A DNA stretch of 63,774 nucleotides, filler included, from Lama guanicoe (GCA_013239625.1; 154 parts of 154 records of this genome joined end to end with filler, not necessarily neighbours in it); one strand, 5' to 3'; shown: positions 49,643 through 62,210, counted from the first letter of the whole stretch. Numbers and translations: made by a program. The notes: generated from the sequence alone by a model not told the origin.

Positions 49643-50990
49643 NNNNNNNNNNNNNNNNNNNNNNNNNNNNNNNNNNNNNNNNNNNNTTAATTAATTAANN
49701 NNNNNNNNNNNNNNNNNNNNNNNNNNNNNNNNNNNNNNNNNNAAAAAAAGTAAGAAACCCAAAAACCACATATTTTATTATAGAAAATTTTTTCTCCTCC
49801 ACCAGACTTAAATGGAAAAGAGGAAAAATTAACTATTTGCACCAAAATGTTTAATTTTGTCGCGACACAGGAAAATAACTAAGCACAGTGTTATATTCCA
49901 TCCTTTCTATCGATTTTTTTCGGTGTGTACCATCTGATTTATTCATTTCTCCAATCTCATGCCCACCTTGAGGTGAGGGTGGGGGTAGAGAATAATCTTG
50001 TCAAAAGGTACATTGGTGCATGTGTGTTTGCTAGCTCACTTGTCCATGAAAATATTTTNNNNNNNNNNNNNNNNNNNNNNNNNNNNNNNNNNNNNNNNNN
50101 NNTTAATTAATTAANNNNNNNNNNNNNNNNNNNNNNNNNNNNNNNNNNNNNNNNNNNNGTGGGTTCAGAATTAAAGAATAAATGTTTAAAAAAACAGGAA
50201 GTAGAAAATTATCTTGTAGTCAGAAAATGTATCCCATAAACTTAAACAACAAAGAAAAATCCTTGCCATTTATTGATGACCATAAAGAAGGTTGAAAATA
50301 TTTAGAGTGAAGTGAATTCACTTTCTACAAATGTAAAAATTGAAGAAGAAAAGAAAAGTCACCCAGGAACAGTTCTAGAGAAACTTGACCAGCAAACGTC
50401 ACTGAAGCAGCAGGAGATTACTTTGGCATTCAACTGTGATGGACTGTGGATCCCTTCAGCTCTTCCCAAGAATGNNNNNNNNNNNNNNNNNNNNNNNNNN
50501 NNNNNNNNNNNNNNNNNNTTAATTAATTAANNNNNNNNNNNNNNNNNNNNNNNNNNNNNNNNNNNNNNNNNNNNTTTTTTTTTTTTTTTGAGATACAATT
50601 GAGATATAACATTGCGTATACTTGATGTATTTTGGTCACTAAGCATCTTTGTTTTATAATCCAGAAGTTTAACCTCTCTGATATTTTTCAGGTAGTAACA
50701 CACCTTAAAACCATAGATTTAAGTGAATTCTTCAAGAAGCACACTATATAGGACTCTGGAAATAAATAACAGTAAGTTTTTAAAATTTTGTGTGTTTGCC
50801 AGAAGGTTTGTCATTGGCTTATTTACAGAAGATTTCACATCACTTGCCTTTTTCTTGGCCATCCCCCTAGCAAAGTGATAGTGGATTGAGNNNNNNNNNN
50901 NNNNNNNNNNNNNNNNNNNNNNNNNNNNNNNNNNTTAATTAATTAANNNNNNNNNNNNNNNNNNNNNNNNNNNNNNNNNNNNNNNNNNNN

Positions 50991-51301
50991 TGTGCTGGAT
51001 GAACGAACGTCTCTCAACATGCTCAGTTCTGAGAGATTATTGTGTGGGAAAGCCGTCCTTCACCTAGCTTGAGGGGACCACAAACTTACATTTCAGTTGC
51101 AAACTCCACTACATACGTACATATGGGGAAGTACAAGCTCCAAAACGGAATTACTGTGAAAACCACAGGAAATTCAAACCGGCACAAGGAATCAGAATGA
51201 GAAACCAGAGTAAGTGTTTCTCCTGCAACCGGTTTCGTTGTGCTGGATGAAGGAATGTCTCTCCACATGCTTAGTTCTGAGAAGAAACTGTGTGTGAAAG
51301 C
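50991..51301 (+). repeat. Tandem satellite DNA, ~248-bp monomer
   Basis: TGTGCTGGATGAA-GAA-GTCTCTC-ACATGCT-AGTTCTGAGA occurs at 50991 and again at 51239. Homologous to 60549-60862. Confidence 0.85.
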
Positions 51302-51401
51302 NNNNNNNNNNNNNNNNNNNNNNNNNNNNNNNNNNNNNNNNNNNNTTAATTAATTAANNNNNNNNNNNNNNNNNNNNNNNNNNNNNNNNNNNNNNNNNNN
51401 N

Positions 51402-51717
51402 TGGCTTTTTGATAAATGAAAGTAATAATCCCTTTTAAAATTGCATCCAAAAAATTAAGACTCAGGAATAAATCTGACCTAGGAGGTGAAAGGCTTATAT
51501 GTGGAGACCTACAAAACACTGACTAAGGAAATTAAAAGATGACTTAAAGAAATGCAAAGATAGCCCAGGTTCTTGCATTGGAAGAATTAATATTATGAAA
51601 ATGGCCATACTACCCAGAGCGAACTACAGATTCTTATCAAATCACCCAGGACATTTTTCACAAAACCAGAACATATCATCTTAAAATTTATACAGAATCA
51701 CTAAAGACCCAGAATGA
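51402..51717 (+). mobile_element. L1 ORF2 fragment (downstream of the RT domain)
   Basis: AGGAATAAATCTGACCTAGGAGGTGAAAG...TTGGAAGAATTAATATTATGAAAATGGCCATACTACCC (GRINIMKMAILP). Confidence 0.93.
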
Positions 51718-51817
51718 NNNNNNNNNNNNNNNNNNNNNNNNNNNNNNNNNNNNNNNNNNNNTTAATTAATTAANNNNNNNNNNNNNNNNNNNNNNNNNNN
51801 NNNNNNNNNNNNNNNNN

Positions 51818-52132
51818 AATTATCAGAGAAATGCAAACCAAAACTACAAGGAGGTATCACCTCACATCAGTCAGAATGGCCGTCAGTAGAAAATCAACAA
51901 ACAGTAAATGCTGGAGAGGGTGTGGAGAAAAGGAAACCCGCCTACACTGTTCTTGAGAATGTAGTCTGGTGCAGCCACTGTGGAAAATAGTATGGAGATA
52001 CCTTAAAAAACTGAAAATAAACTTACCCTATAATCTAGTTATCCCACTCCTGGGCATATATTCAAAGGAAACTCTAATTTGAAAAGATACACGTACCCTA
52101 ATGTTCATAGCAGCAATATTTACAATAGCCAA
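51818..52132 (+). mobile_element. L1 ORF2 C-terminal fragment
   Basis: AGAGAAATGCAAACCAAAACTACA...AAATGCTGGAGAGGGTGTGGAGAAAAGG...ATCCCACTCCTGGGCATATA. Confidence 0.95.
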
Positions 52133-53719
52133 NNNNNNNNNNNNNNNNNNNNNNNNNNNNNNNNNNNNNNNNNNNNTTAATTAATTAANNNNNNNNNNNN
52201 NNNNNNNNNNNNNNNNNNNNNNNNNNNNNNNNGAGACTTTAATCAGAATGCTTGTTACACCAATAAGCAGGATACAAGTTACTGGTTTTATGTATGTGTA
52301 TGCTATCAATTTTACTGAATTTCTAAAAAGTCAGGATATTATGTTTTTTGGAAACCTCTCATCAAATAATTTCCCCTTTGATTCATTAGTATGAAAAAAT
52401 ATAGTATCAGATGTCCTAAAAAAAAAGTGCAAGAGGTTTTGCAGGGACTGTGCCCAGGACCAGCATCTGGAGAAGAGAAGGGACTAGGAGGCAGGACTAG
52501 GGAGAGGGAGGAGGGGCCACAATGCAGGCTCAGGACAGGTCCATGGGGNNNNNNNNNNNNNNNNNNNNNNNNNNNNNNNNNNNNNNNNNNNNTTAATTAA
52601 TTAANNNNNNNNNNNNNNNNNNNNNNNNNNNNNNNNNNNNNNNNNNNNCACACACACACACACACCCCAAACACGGTCCCCCACACAAAAGATCAGACGA
52701 GGTGCAGCCCCCAGATCCCACCTCCACTCCCAGACGGAGGCTCCCAGAATGGCCAGGCTCCGGAAGGAGAAAGGACCCAGGGCGGCCCCCGGTGAGCCCG
52801 GGGCAGCTCACTCCCCAGCAGGGAAGAGCCAGGGCCAGCAGGTGGCACGTCCCCTCCTGCGCAAGCCCCAGCGGCCGCCCTAAAGCAACGCACACGCCAG
52901 CACCAGCAACAGCCAGCCAGCGTCACGCAGAGCGCCAGGGGAGGTGTCCCCTGAAACTTCCACTNNNNNNNNNNNNNNNNNNNNNNNNNNNNNNNNNNNN
53001 NNNNNNNNTTAATTAATTAANNNNNNNNNNNNNNNNNNNNNNNNNNNNNNNNNNNNNNNNNNNNACCCACCTGACCCCCTTCACTGTGTTCCACAGAGTG
53101 CAGTTCTGTCCTCGAGTCACACGAGACCTCCCCAGGGAGCTGCGAAGATATGTCTGACGCCCCTTTTATGTCCCTGCAGAGGGAAGCACCTCTTAATGGG
53201 GGTCCCCAGAGGAGCACAGCCAGTAGAAATAAGAAGATTTCACGTAGAATGGTCCATGGTTGCATTAAAAGTGATTTCTGCTCCTCTAAGGAGGTAGAAG
53301 CCACTTCAGAGAACTAGAGTTGAAAACCCTGCTCTAAGTTCCTAAAGCCAAAATCTTTTTTCCTGAGGTGAGTCTTGTCTNNNNNNNNNNNNNNNNNNNN
53401 NNNNNNNNNNNNNNNNNNNNNNNNTTAATTAATTAANNNNNNNNNNNNNNNNNNNNNNNNNNNNNNNNNNNNNNNNNNNNAAACGGTGGAGAATGGAGAC
53501 TGGGCTGGTAATGAAGACACGCAGGCCCTGCAGGACGCTCTCTGAGGCTGAAGAGGGGAGCATTCCTGAACAGCAGGGACATAGGATGACAGGAGGCTGA
53601 ACACGAAGGCCTGGGGCTTCGAAGAGGACCGCGCGCTCCGGGCCAGCGCCGCATCTCAGCGGTGCAAAGGCAGACCGAAGCCCGGAGGTCCTCGTGGTGC
53701 TGAAGACGGCTCCCCAGGA

Positions 53720-53769
53720 GAGCCCCACGTCACGTCCGCAGAGCCCGACGTCACGTCCGCAGAGCCCGA
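53720..53769. repeat. 21-bp tandem repeat (~2.4 copies)
   Basis: GAGCCCCACGTCACGTCCGCA GAGCCCGACGTCACGTCCGCA GAGCCCGA. Confidence 0.9.
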
Positions 53770-54312
53770 GGAGGTTCCCTTAGTTGGAAAAGGGGCNNNN
53801 NNNNNNNNNNNNNNNNNNNNNNNNNNNNNNNNNNNNNNNNTTAATTAATTAANNNNNNNNNNNNNNNNNNNNNNNNNNNNNNNNNNNNNNNNNNNNCTAT
53901 ATCTTAATAAAAAGCAGAGAAAAAGAAAAGAAAAAAAGAGGAAAAAAAAAGACTTGAGGCAAATTATAAGAAAGAAATGGTTACCTTAGGAAGAAAAGAG
54001 GCAAATGTGTATTTGGAAGGAGACCCCTGGGGAGAGGCCTCGGCAGGGGAGAGAGAGGCTTGAACGCCACGGGCGCTCAGCTCTGCATTTCCTGCAACTT
54101 ATGTAAAGGCGGAGGCATAAAGGAAGTGGCGACGCTCATGTTTCATTAAGTGAAGTTATAAAGGATGTTAGAAGCGTTGCAGAATTCCTCGCTCAGGCTC
54201 AGGGCAGTTTTTNNNNNNNNNNNNNNNNNNNNNNNNNNNNNNNNNNNNNNNNNNNNTTAATTAATTAANNNNNNNNNNNNNNNNNNNNNNNNNNNNNNNN
54301 NNNNNNNNNNNN

Positions 54313-54628
54313 TGAAAAGCAGCCCCTCAAATCAGTAAGAGTATGAGATATTTTAACAACACAAAGTGTAGATTTGAACTAATGGAGAAATAAAACACTG
54401 TACCCCTAAGCTGAAGAATACAAATGTATTCCAGTGTTTGTGAAACATTTGCAAAACTAATCATATATTGAGCTACAAGTCTCAATAAACTTCAAAAATC
54501 AAAATTGTGAATACATACTTGGACAACAGAGGAATTAAGCTAGAAATCAATTATTAAATGATAACAAAACTTGCTGTATGTGTCTTTAAAATATACATTC
54601 AAATAATCCATAGTTCAAAAATTAATCA
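54313..54628 (+). mobile_element. Old L1 endonuclease fragment
   Basis: GAAGAATACAAATGTATTCC...GAAACATTTGCAAAACTAATCATATATTG...GGAATTAAGCTAGAAATCAAT. Confidence 0.8.
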
Positions 54629-54728
54629 NNNNNNNNNNNNNNNNNNNNNNNNNNNNNNNNNNNNNNNNNNNNTTAATTAATTAANNNNNNNNNNNNNNNN
54701 NNNNNNNNNNNNNNNNNNNNNNNNNNNN

Positions 54729-55035
54729 CGAGAACATCAGCAGAACACAGTTGGACACAAATAGAAGTAATTTTTTGAGGGGATCTGTCTCTTAAGGCAA
54801 AAGACACAAGAGCAAAAAATAAACAAACAGGATCTAATTAAACTTAAAAGCTTTTGCACATCAAAGGAAACCAATGACAAAATGAAAAGACAACCTACTG
54901 AATGGAAGAAAATATTTTGCAAATGATATGACCAATAAGGGATTAATATCCAAAATTTATAAACCATTCTTGTAACTCAGTACCAGAAAAAGAAACCAAT
55001 TAAATATGGGCAGAAGACCTGAACAGACATTTTCC
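54729..55035 (+). mobile_element. L1 ORF2 fragment
   Basis: CTAATTAAACTTAAAAGCTTTTGCACATCAAAGGAAACC...CAACCTACTGAATGGAAGAAAATATTTTGCAAAT. Confidence 0.93.
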
Positions 55036-55976
55036 CGTTTTTCCNNNNNNNNNNNNNNNNNNNNNNNNNNNNNNNNNNNNNNNNNNNNTTAATTAATTAA
55101 NNNNNNNNNNNNNNNNNNNNNNNNNNNNNNNNNNNNNNNNNNNNTCATGATTTTTAGTTTGTTGGTTGGTTGGTTTGCTTTTGTTTGTGTTTTGCAACGT
55201 TGTTGAACTTGTGGGAGAAAGAATAGAGATGAGCACCACTCACTGATGGTGCTTAAAACATCACCTGGTTAAATCACCCTGACCAGGAAGATGGCTTAAG
55301 CCAAATAACTCCCCTTCCTGGAGCTGAGCAGAGTTAGACTTTGGCCACCAGAAACTCACGCATTGATAGTAGGGGGTGAAATTCCCAAGGGAAATGTAGA
55401 ATTCTTTTTGTATCAAAAAAAGTGAATGAAGACCTTCTGAGTCTAGAGGTATTTTTTTTTNNNNNNNNNNNNNNNNNNNNNNNNNNNNNNNNNNNNNNNN
55501 NNNNTTAATTAATTAANNNNNNNNNNNNNNNNNNNNNNNNNNNNNNNNNNNNNNNNNNNNAACCAGCGTGGCTGCCCCGTGACCCGCCTCCTTGCCCTTC
55601 TGGATCGGGGCGCACGGCCCGGAGGGGACATACTTTGTGTGGGGGAAGGCTGCTCTTCACACCCTCTCACCATGCCAGGGACGCCTCTACCTCCCCTTCC
55701 TGGCTCCTCGGCAGGGAGGAGGTTTAGCCAGCTCTCAGGATGTGCGATGAGGTCCGGCTTCATCTCGCCCCTGGGTAGGGCTGCTGGCCTCAAGATGGTT
55801 TTTCTTCACTCTCTGGTGTTTCCTAATGTGCCACTTCTTCTGGGCAAGTCAGCCAGCCTCTTCTCTCTTCTTCTCANNNNNNNNNNNNNNNNNNNNNNNN
55901 NNNNNNNNNNNNNNNNNNNNTTAATTAATTAANNNNNNNNNNNNNNNNNNNNNNNNNNNNNNNNNNNNNNNNNNNN

Positions 55977-56292
55977 ATATATTCAAAGTCCTGAATGAGA
56001 AAAAGCTGTAACCTAGGATACTCTAACCGGCAAGACTATCCTTTAGAGGAGGAGAGATAAAGAATTTCACAGACAAGGAAAAACTAAAAGAATTCAGCAA
56101 CACTAAACCTATCCTAAGAGAAATATTAAAAGGTATACTCAAAATAGAAAAAAATGCAGGAAGCTCTAGAAATAAGAAAACCATAATTGGAAATGTGGAA
56201 ATGTGATAACTATGAGTTGCAATAGAATAAACATGAATATGTCAAAAAAAAAAGGACATCAAAATCATAAAAGGTGGGAGAGGGGAGCAAGA
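55977..56292 (+). mobile_element. L1 ORF1 C-terminus and inter-ORF region, disabled
   Basis: IFKVLNEKKL*PRIL*PARLSFRGGEIKNFTDKEKLKEFSNTKPILREILKG. Confidence 0.92.
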
Positions 56293-58627
56293 NNNNNNNN
56301 NNNNNNNNNNNNNNNNNNNNNNNNNNNNNNNNNNNNTTAATTAATTAANNNNNNNNNNNNNNNNNNNNNNNNNNNNNNNNNNNNNNNNNNNNTGCCTTGT
56401 AGCCGAAGGACAGCACTGAGGTACGGCAATGAGAATGCTGGTCATGGGCTGCACTTAATGAGCACCTGCTGTGTGCCAGACACCAGAGGATGACCTGATA
56501 CTTAATTGAGTGACTGCACCTTCAGGGTCCCAGCATTCTGCATCATAATTTTTCTTCTGTTTTGTAAAGGGACATGAGCCCCAGACCCATGATCCCTGCC
56601 CTTGTCCTTGCCGGGCGCCATGCCTAACACTCTCCCCTCATCACATTGTGGGCCCTGGAAGCAACTCATGGAGGGAGGCATTTCCAGCACTCCCCCTTGG
56701 CTGTCAGGNNNNNNNNNNNNNNNNNNNNNNNNNNNNNNNNNNNNNNNNNNNNTTAATTAATTAANNNNNNNNNNNNNNNNNNNNNNNNNNNNNNNNNNNN
56801 NNNNNNNNAAATAGCATTTTTGTTATTTGAAAGGGAAATCCAGGTGGATTAAAGATGAGATGTACAAAACAAGGCCCTTGTAGTAGCTGTGTGCATAATC
56901 TCGGGGTAGACACTGCTGTTCTGCCTGTGACACCACCAACAGAAGCAAGAAGGGAGATGCTTAGCTCTTCCTGTGGCAAAACAAAACCAAACAAATCAAA
57001 AAACAAGCAAAAGCCCAGAAAGACAGCTGGAAAGAAACCACAACCTGGAAAAAGTGTTCCTCATAACCCAAGGTCAGAGAAAGGTTTCACATCCCTGTGG
57101 TCCAAAAACCTCTCAAAATCCAGTNNNNNNNNNNNNNNNNNNNNNNNNNNNNNNNNNNNNNNNNNNNNTTAATTAATTAANNNNNNNNNNNNNNNNNNNN
57201 NNNNNNNNNNNNNNNNNNNNNNNNCTGTTCATACTTTGTTCTATTTCCAAAACACTGCATCTCAAAACACATTACATCTCAAAACACGTACTGTTCTAAA
57301 CTACTCCTAGTTTGTTTCATGAGTTTCTCTTTCTATTCAAGACAATAAGCTTTTCCAGAATAGGTATTGTGTCATACTACCAGGCCAGACTCTTTTGCCT
57401 AGCTCATGGTTGAAAGCACATTAAAGCAATTAATATTTGCTGAATTAAACTGCACTGGCATATAAGGAAGTCATGAACTCAAAGCAGACAGAACAGAGTG
57501 GACTTGGTAACCTTCTTTTTGCTATTTATCATGTGTGAAGNNNNNNNNNNNNNNNNNNNNNNNNNNNNNNNNNNNNNNNNNNNNTTAATTAATTAANNNN
57601 NNNNNNNNNNNNNNNNNNNNNNNNNNNNNNNNNNNNNNNNTGCTTAACTTATCACCGTCTTAACAGCATATGTAATAAAGTGACTCTGAGAACAGCCCAG
57701 CTTGCAAAGACAGGAGCAGGGCTACCACACCCACCAGCAGGAAATTGCAGCTTTGGGCCGTGGTCCCCCCACCAGAATGGGAGCCAGGCAGCACCCAAAG
57801 AATAGCCTGGCAGCCTGTCCCTCCTCTCCCCAACCCCATGGGGGACCAGGTAGTGGTGGGAATGGAAGGCAGAAGCTAGGCTACAGGGATGGGCCACATC
57901 ATGCAGAAATCCTGAAACCTTCAAGCAGGGTGCACTCCACCCTCAAGGACAAGTCCNNNNNNNNNNNNNNNNNNNNNNNNNNNNNNNNNNNNNNNNNNNN
58001 TTAATTAATTAANNNNNNNNNNNNNNNNNNNNNNNNNNNNNNNNNNNNNNNNNNNNTATATAACTCTCAATATCTGATAAACTCTTCCTTCTTATTTGAT
58101 ACAACATTGTCTTGGCTATTCTTGTCTCTGCCTTTGAGTACCAAATTTATCAGTTTTTAGTAGAAATTGATTACATTTGCAGATTGATTGTGGGAAGAAA
58201 TGATTTTTATAAGATACTAGTATATCCATCTCTACTTCTACATTTATGTAAATCCTGGATTTGCTGTGTAAAGACAATTTTATAATTATCACTACAGATG
58301 TTCTGCAAATTTCTTTACACATTGTTAAAAATGCATTGAAATGTATCTGTTTTTATGTTGACATTTTATTCANNNNNNNNNNNNNNNNNNNNNNNNNNNN
58401 NNNNNNNNNNNNNNNNTTAATTAATTAANNNNNNNNNNNNNNNNNNNNNNNNNNNNNNNNNNNNNNNNNNNNTTTCTTTAATAAAAGCACATTCCCCAGG
58501 GTCAGTCAGTCTCGCTCAGCGCTGCTACTCAAGAAGACTAATATTCTAAGGTTACAATTTCTTCCCTCTGGCTCACTCCAAGACATCCTTTCTGGCCCTA
58601 AGGTTGATTCACTACCTGATCATTCTT

Positions 58628-58788
58628 CAGCTTAGAATCACTTAAGAGCTTATAAAGACATGGTCTCAGGCCCCCGTTCCCAGAGTTTTTGACTCAGTAT
58701 TTCTGGGTGGGGCCTGGGAGTTTGCATTTCTAACATGTTGCCAGGTCAGGCTGAGGCTGTGGATCCAGGGACCACACTTTGAGAACCA
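58628..58788 (+). mobile_element. MER5A (hAT-Charlie) non-autonomous DNA transposon
   Basis: AGAATCAC...CCCAGAGTTTTTGACTCAGTA...GGGTGGGGCCTGGGAGTTTGCATTTCTAACA...CCAGGGACCACACTTTGAGAACCA. Confidence 0.92.
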
Positions 58789-59304
58789 NNNNNNNNNNNN
58801 NNNNNNNNNNNNNNNNNNNNNNNNNNNNNNNNTTAATTAATTAANNNNNNNNNNNNNNNNNNNNNNNNNNNNNNNNNNNNNNNNNNNNGCCACCTCTTCC
58901 CTCTGTGTGCTGTTCTGAGGACCGTGCGATGTCACATCCCTGGAGTTAACAGCTGCTCTGTCAGCACACCGCACAGTGGAGCAGCCCGTTCGAGGTCACT
59001 GCCGCAAGTCCAGGGCAGTTCGGTTTCCGTCAGAGGATGCTGCCTTCTTGACGCTTTGTCAGTTCCATGGCTGTAAGGTTTTCTTGTAAACCACGCCCAT
59101 TTAATCGCCATGTGCTTCCCTTGAAAGCCCTAGTTCACAGCCTCAAACTGTGGGACATCCGACTGGCTCACATGGACTTGTTGGGGTCCCCCCAGCAGCC
59201 TTCCNNNNNNNNNNNNNNNNNNNNNNNNNNNNNNNNNNNNNNNNNNNNTTAATTAATTAANNNNNNNNNNNNNNNNNNNNNNNNNNNNNNNNNNNNNNNN
59301 NNNN

Positions 59305-59620
59305 AACTTCTATGTCCAATAACAGAAGGTGGGTTTAAATGAATTATGGTATATCATACAGTAGACTATTTTATAGCCATTAAAAATCATATTCATAAAG
59401 TATGATTTAGGTCATAAGGAAATGATCATGATACATCATTAAGCGAAAAAACTTAGGTATAAAATTAGGTACAAAATGGTGTGATCCTGATTTTTTAAAA
59501 CAGACACAGAGAGAAATGCCTGTGAGATAGGAAGGCTATTTCCCAAATGTTAGCAGCCATGTTCTCGGGGTTGTGGGTTTGCAGGTAATTTGTAGTCCTT
59601 TTTCATACTTTGTATAATTC
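59305..59620 (+). mobile_element. Old L1 (L1ME/L1MC-like) 3' fragment
   Basis: ATGTCCAATAACAGAAG...AAATGAATTATGGTATATCATACAGTAGACTATTTTATAGCCATTAAAAATCAT. Confidence 0.75.
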
Positions 59621-59720
59621 NNNNNNNNNNNNNNNNNNNNNNNNNNNNNNNNNNNNNNNNNNNNTTAATTAATTAANNNNNNNNNNNNNNNNNNNNNNNN
59701 NNNNNNNNNNNNNNNNNNNN

Positions 59721-60036
59721 CAAAGACAAACAAGGAGCTGGGTCTTGGCTCGGAGCAGGGACGAAGCTGACCCTCAGTCTTCCCTGAGCCACCCACGGAG
59801 CGCCGACCCGGGCGGAGCGCTGACCCGGGCGGAGCGCGCAGCCACACAGAGCAGTGGAGCTACAAGCGGCGCAGGTAGAGGGGGAGCGGGCCCCCGCCTG
59901 TCGGGCAGGAACACAGCCCCTGACTGAGGTGCAGGGAGGTGGCACGACCCGCCCTCCTACCTGGCCAGTCTACAACATCGGACTACAGCATCCGGAGGGG
60001 CAGTGACCCGCCCGCCCACAGCAGAGGAAAGCTGCA
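59721..60036. other. CpG-rich fragment with a 17-bp tandem repeat; possibly a young L1 5' UTR
   Basis: GGAGCGC(C/T)GACCCGGGC twice plus GGAGCGC, and repeated GACCCGCCC motifs. CpGs are retained. Confidence 0.4.
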
Positions 60037-60257
60037 NNNNNNNNNNNNNNNNNNNNNNNNNNNNNNNNNNNNNNNNNNNNTTAATTAATTAANNNNNNNN
60101 NNNNNNNNNNNNNNNNNNNNNNNNNNNNNNNNNNNNAATCTTGTTTATCTATTCTACAATTTTGAAATCCCAGTCTATCCCTTTTGTGGTCTTATTTCAG
60201 TATTTCAAATAAATTCCACATCCATTCAAGTCACTGAACTGAAAGAAAGCATTACAA

Positions 60258-60410
60258 TAATTAAGAATGCCAGCTCTGGAGGCAGACTGCCTGGGCTTCA
60301 ATTTCTGCTCTCCCACTTACTCGCTTGGTGACATCGTTGGCATGTTGCTAACCCTCTCTTGTGCTTCATTTTTTCATCTGTAATATGAGGATAATAGTAC
60401 CTGCCTCACA
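60258..60410 (+). mobile_element. MIR SINE
   Basis: TTAAGAATGCCAGCTCTGGAGGCAGACTGCCTGGG...CCCACTTACT...TCATCTGTAATATGAGGATAATAGTACCTGCCTCACA. Confidence 0.9.
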
Positions 60411-60548
60411 AAATCAAAAGCTCATCACTGAGTGCCCCAAAATTATTANNNNNNNNNNNNNNNNNNNNNNNNNNNNNNNNNNNNNNNNNNNNTTAATTAA
60501 TTAANNNNNNNNNNNNNNNNNNNNNNNNNNNNNNNNNNNNNNNNNNNN

Positions 60549-60862
60549 TGGGTAGATACTAGCTCCAACTCAGATTTACAGTGAAAACTACAGGTACCTC
60601 AAACTTTCGCTAGGAAACAATTTAGAAATCAGAGTAATTGCATCAATTGGAACCCCTTTCCCATGTTGCTAGTTGAACGAACGTCTCTCCACCTGTTCAT
60701 TTCTGAGAGGTAATGTGTGTGAAAGCCGTCCTTCACCTAGCATGTAAAGATCACAGTTATTTCCGTAGGAAAGAACCATACGTACATAAATACGGGTAGA
60801 TTCAAGCTCCAAATTGGTTTTACAATGAAAACTGCAGGAAATTGAAACTGGCAGTAGGAAAC
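60549..60862 (+). repeat. Tandem satellite DNA, ~244-bp monomer (same family as 50991-51301)
   Basis: GGGTAGAT-C-AGCTCCAA...TTTACA-TGAAAACT-CAGG occurs at 60550 and 60794. Shares TGAACGAACGTCTCTC, GAAAGCCGTCCTTCACCTAGC and CATACGTACAT with the 50991 contig. Confidence 0.85.
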
Positions 60863-62210
60863 NNNNNNNNNNNNNNNNNNNNNNNNNNNNNNNNNNNNNN
60901 NNNNNNTTAATTAATTAANNNNNNNNNNNNNNNNNNNNNNNNNNNNNNNNNNNNNNNNNNNNCATCTGAGCTCAAGTGGGTGCCCCTGTTGCAAATCAAA
61001 ATTCCCATGAAAGGAACATATCCAGGACCCTGCCTTAACATGATGTCCTGCCTATTTTTATTTTTTAAAAGATTAAAATTTAAACCAAAACACAACGGTA
61101 ATCAGTGTCCACATACATTAGTCAGCCAGGCACAACAGGCCACAAGTAACATGTTATCACCTCTAAGAATAATCAGGAGTTGTAAATTCACAGGCACATC
61201 AGGAACAGTGAATGTCCCAGCACTGAAATGGAGGGGAGGCAGCAGAGACTGACTGATACTTACAGCAGGGTCCTTTGCNNNNNNNNNNNNNNNNNNNNNN
61301 NNNNNNNNNNNNNNNNNNNNNNTTAATTAATTAANNNNNNNNNNNNNNNNNNNNNNNNNNNNNNNNNNNNNNNNNNNNGAGTTAAAAGATAGAGATGGAA
61401 AGATGTGTAGATGAAACAGGAAATAAGCGTCTAAAAGAAACGAGACACTTCAGTGCCTTTGGAGGTGAAGTAGCACAGTGAAAAGAAGACGGGGTTGTGG
61501 CAGCAGCTCTGCGTCCCTGGCTGTGGGAGCTCCCTGCACCCCAGCTGTCCCCCTACCAATGTGGGGCAAAAGTGCCACCTGAGCCCCTCACCTCCTCAGA
61601 ACGCCAACCATCGCGGAGGATAACGACTCCCTGAGGGGACTGTCCGGCCCCTCCTCATCTGCTTCATCACCTTCTAATTAAACCCGCTTCTCCCNNNNNN
61701 NNNNNNNNNNNNNNNNNNNNNNNNNNNNNNNNNNNNNNTTAATTAATTAANNNNNNNNNNNNNNNNNNNNNNNNNNNNNNNNNNNNNNNNNNNNTAGCTG
61801 AGGAATCTGAGGCTCAAGAGTTGTCACAGCCCTCTTTCCAAAGACCTCGCAACAAGACGGTTGGAAGCCAAGGTTACAAATGAGTGTTTTGACTTTCTAA
61901 TGCATGCTCCCGTGTTCCAGCCCAAATCTTCCACCGACATTAAGATGCTGATCAATGCCCCAACATTTACCTCACTATATCTAGAAATGCCCCATCCTCT
62001 GATGTCTCCCAGCCATGGAAAATGCCGATTCCACCTCACATGTAAATGCAGAGAAGAGAAGTTGCCTTCAGGGATCATCCCACCGAGACACCTTAGGCAA
62101 ATCTTTAAGCNNNNNNNNNNNNNNNNNNNNNNNNNNNNNNNNNNNNNNNNNNNNTTAATTAATTAANNNNNNNNNNNNNNNNNNNNNNNNNNNNNNNNNN
62201 NNNNNNNNNN

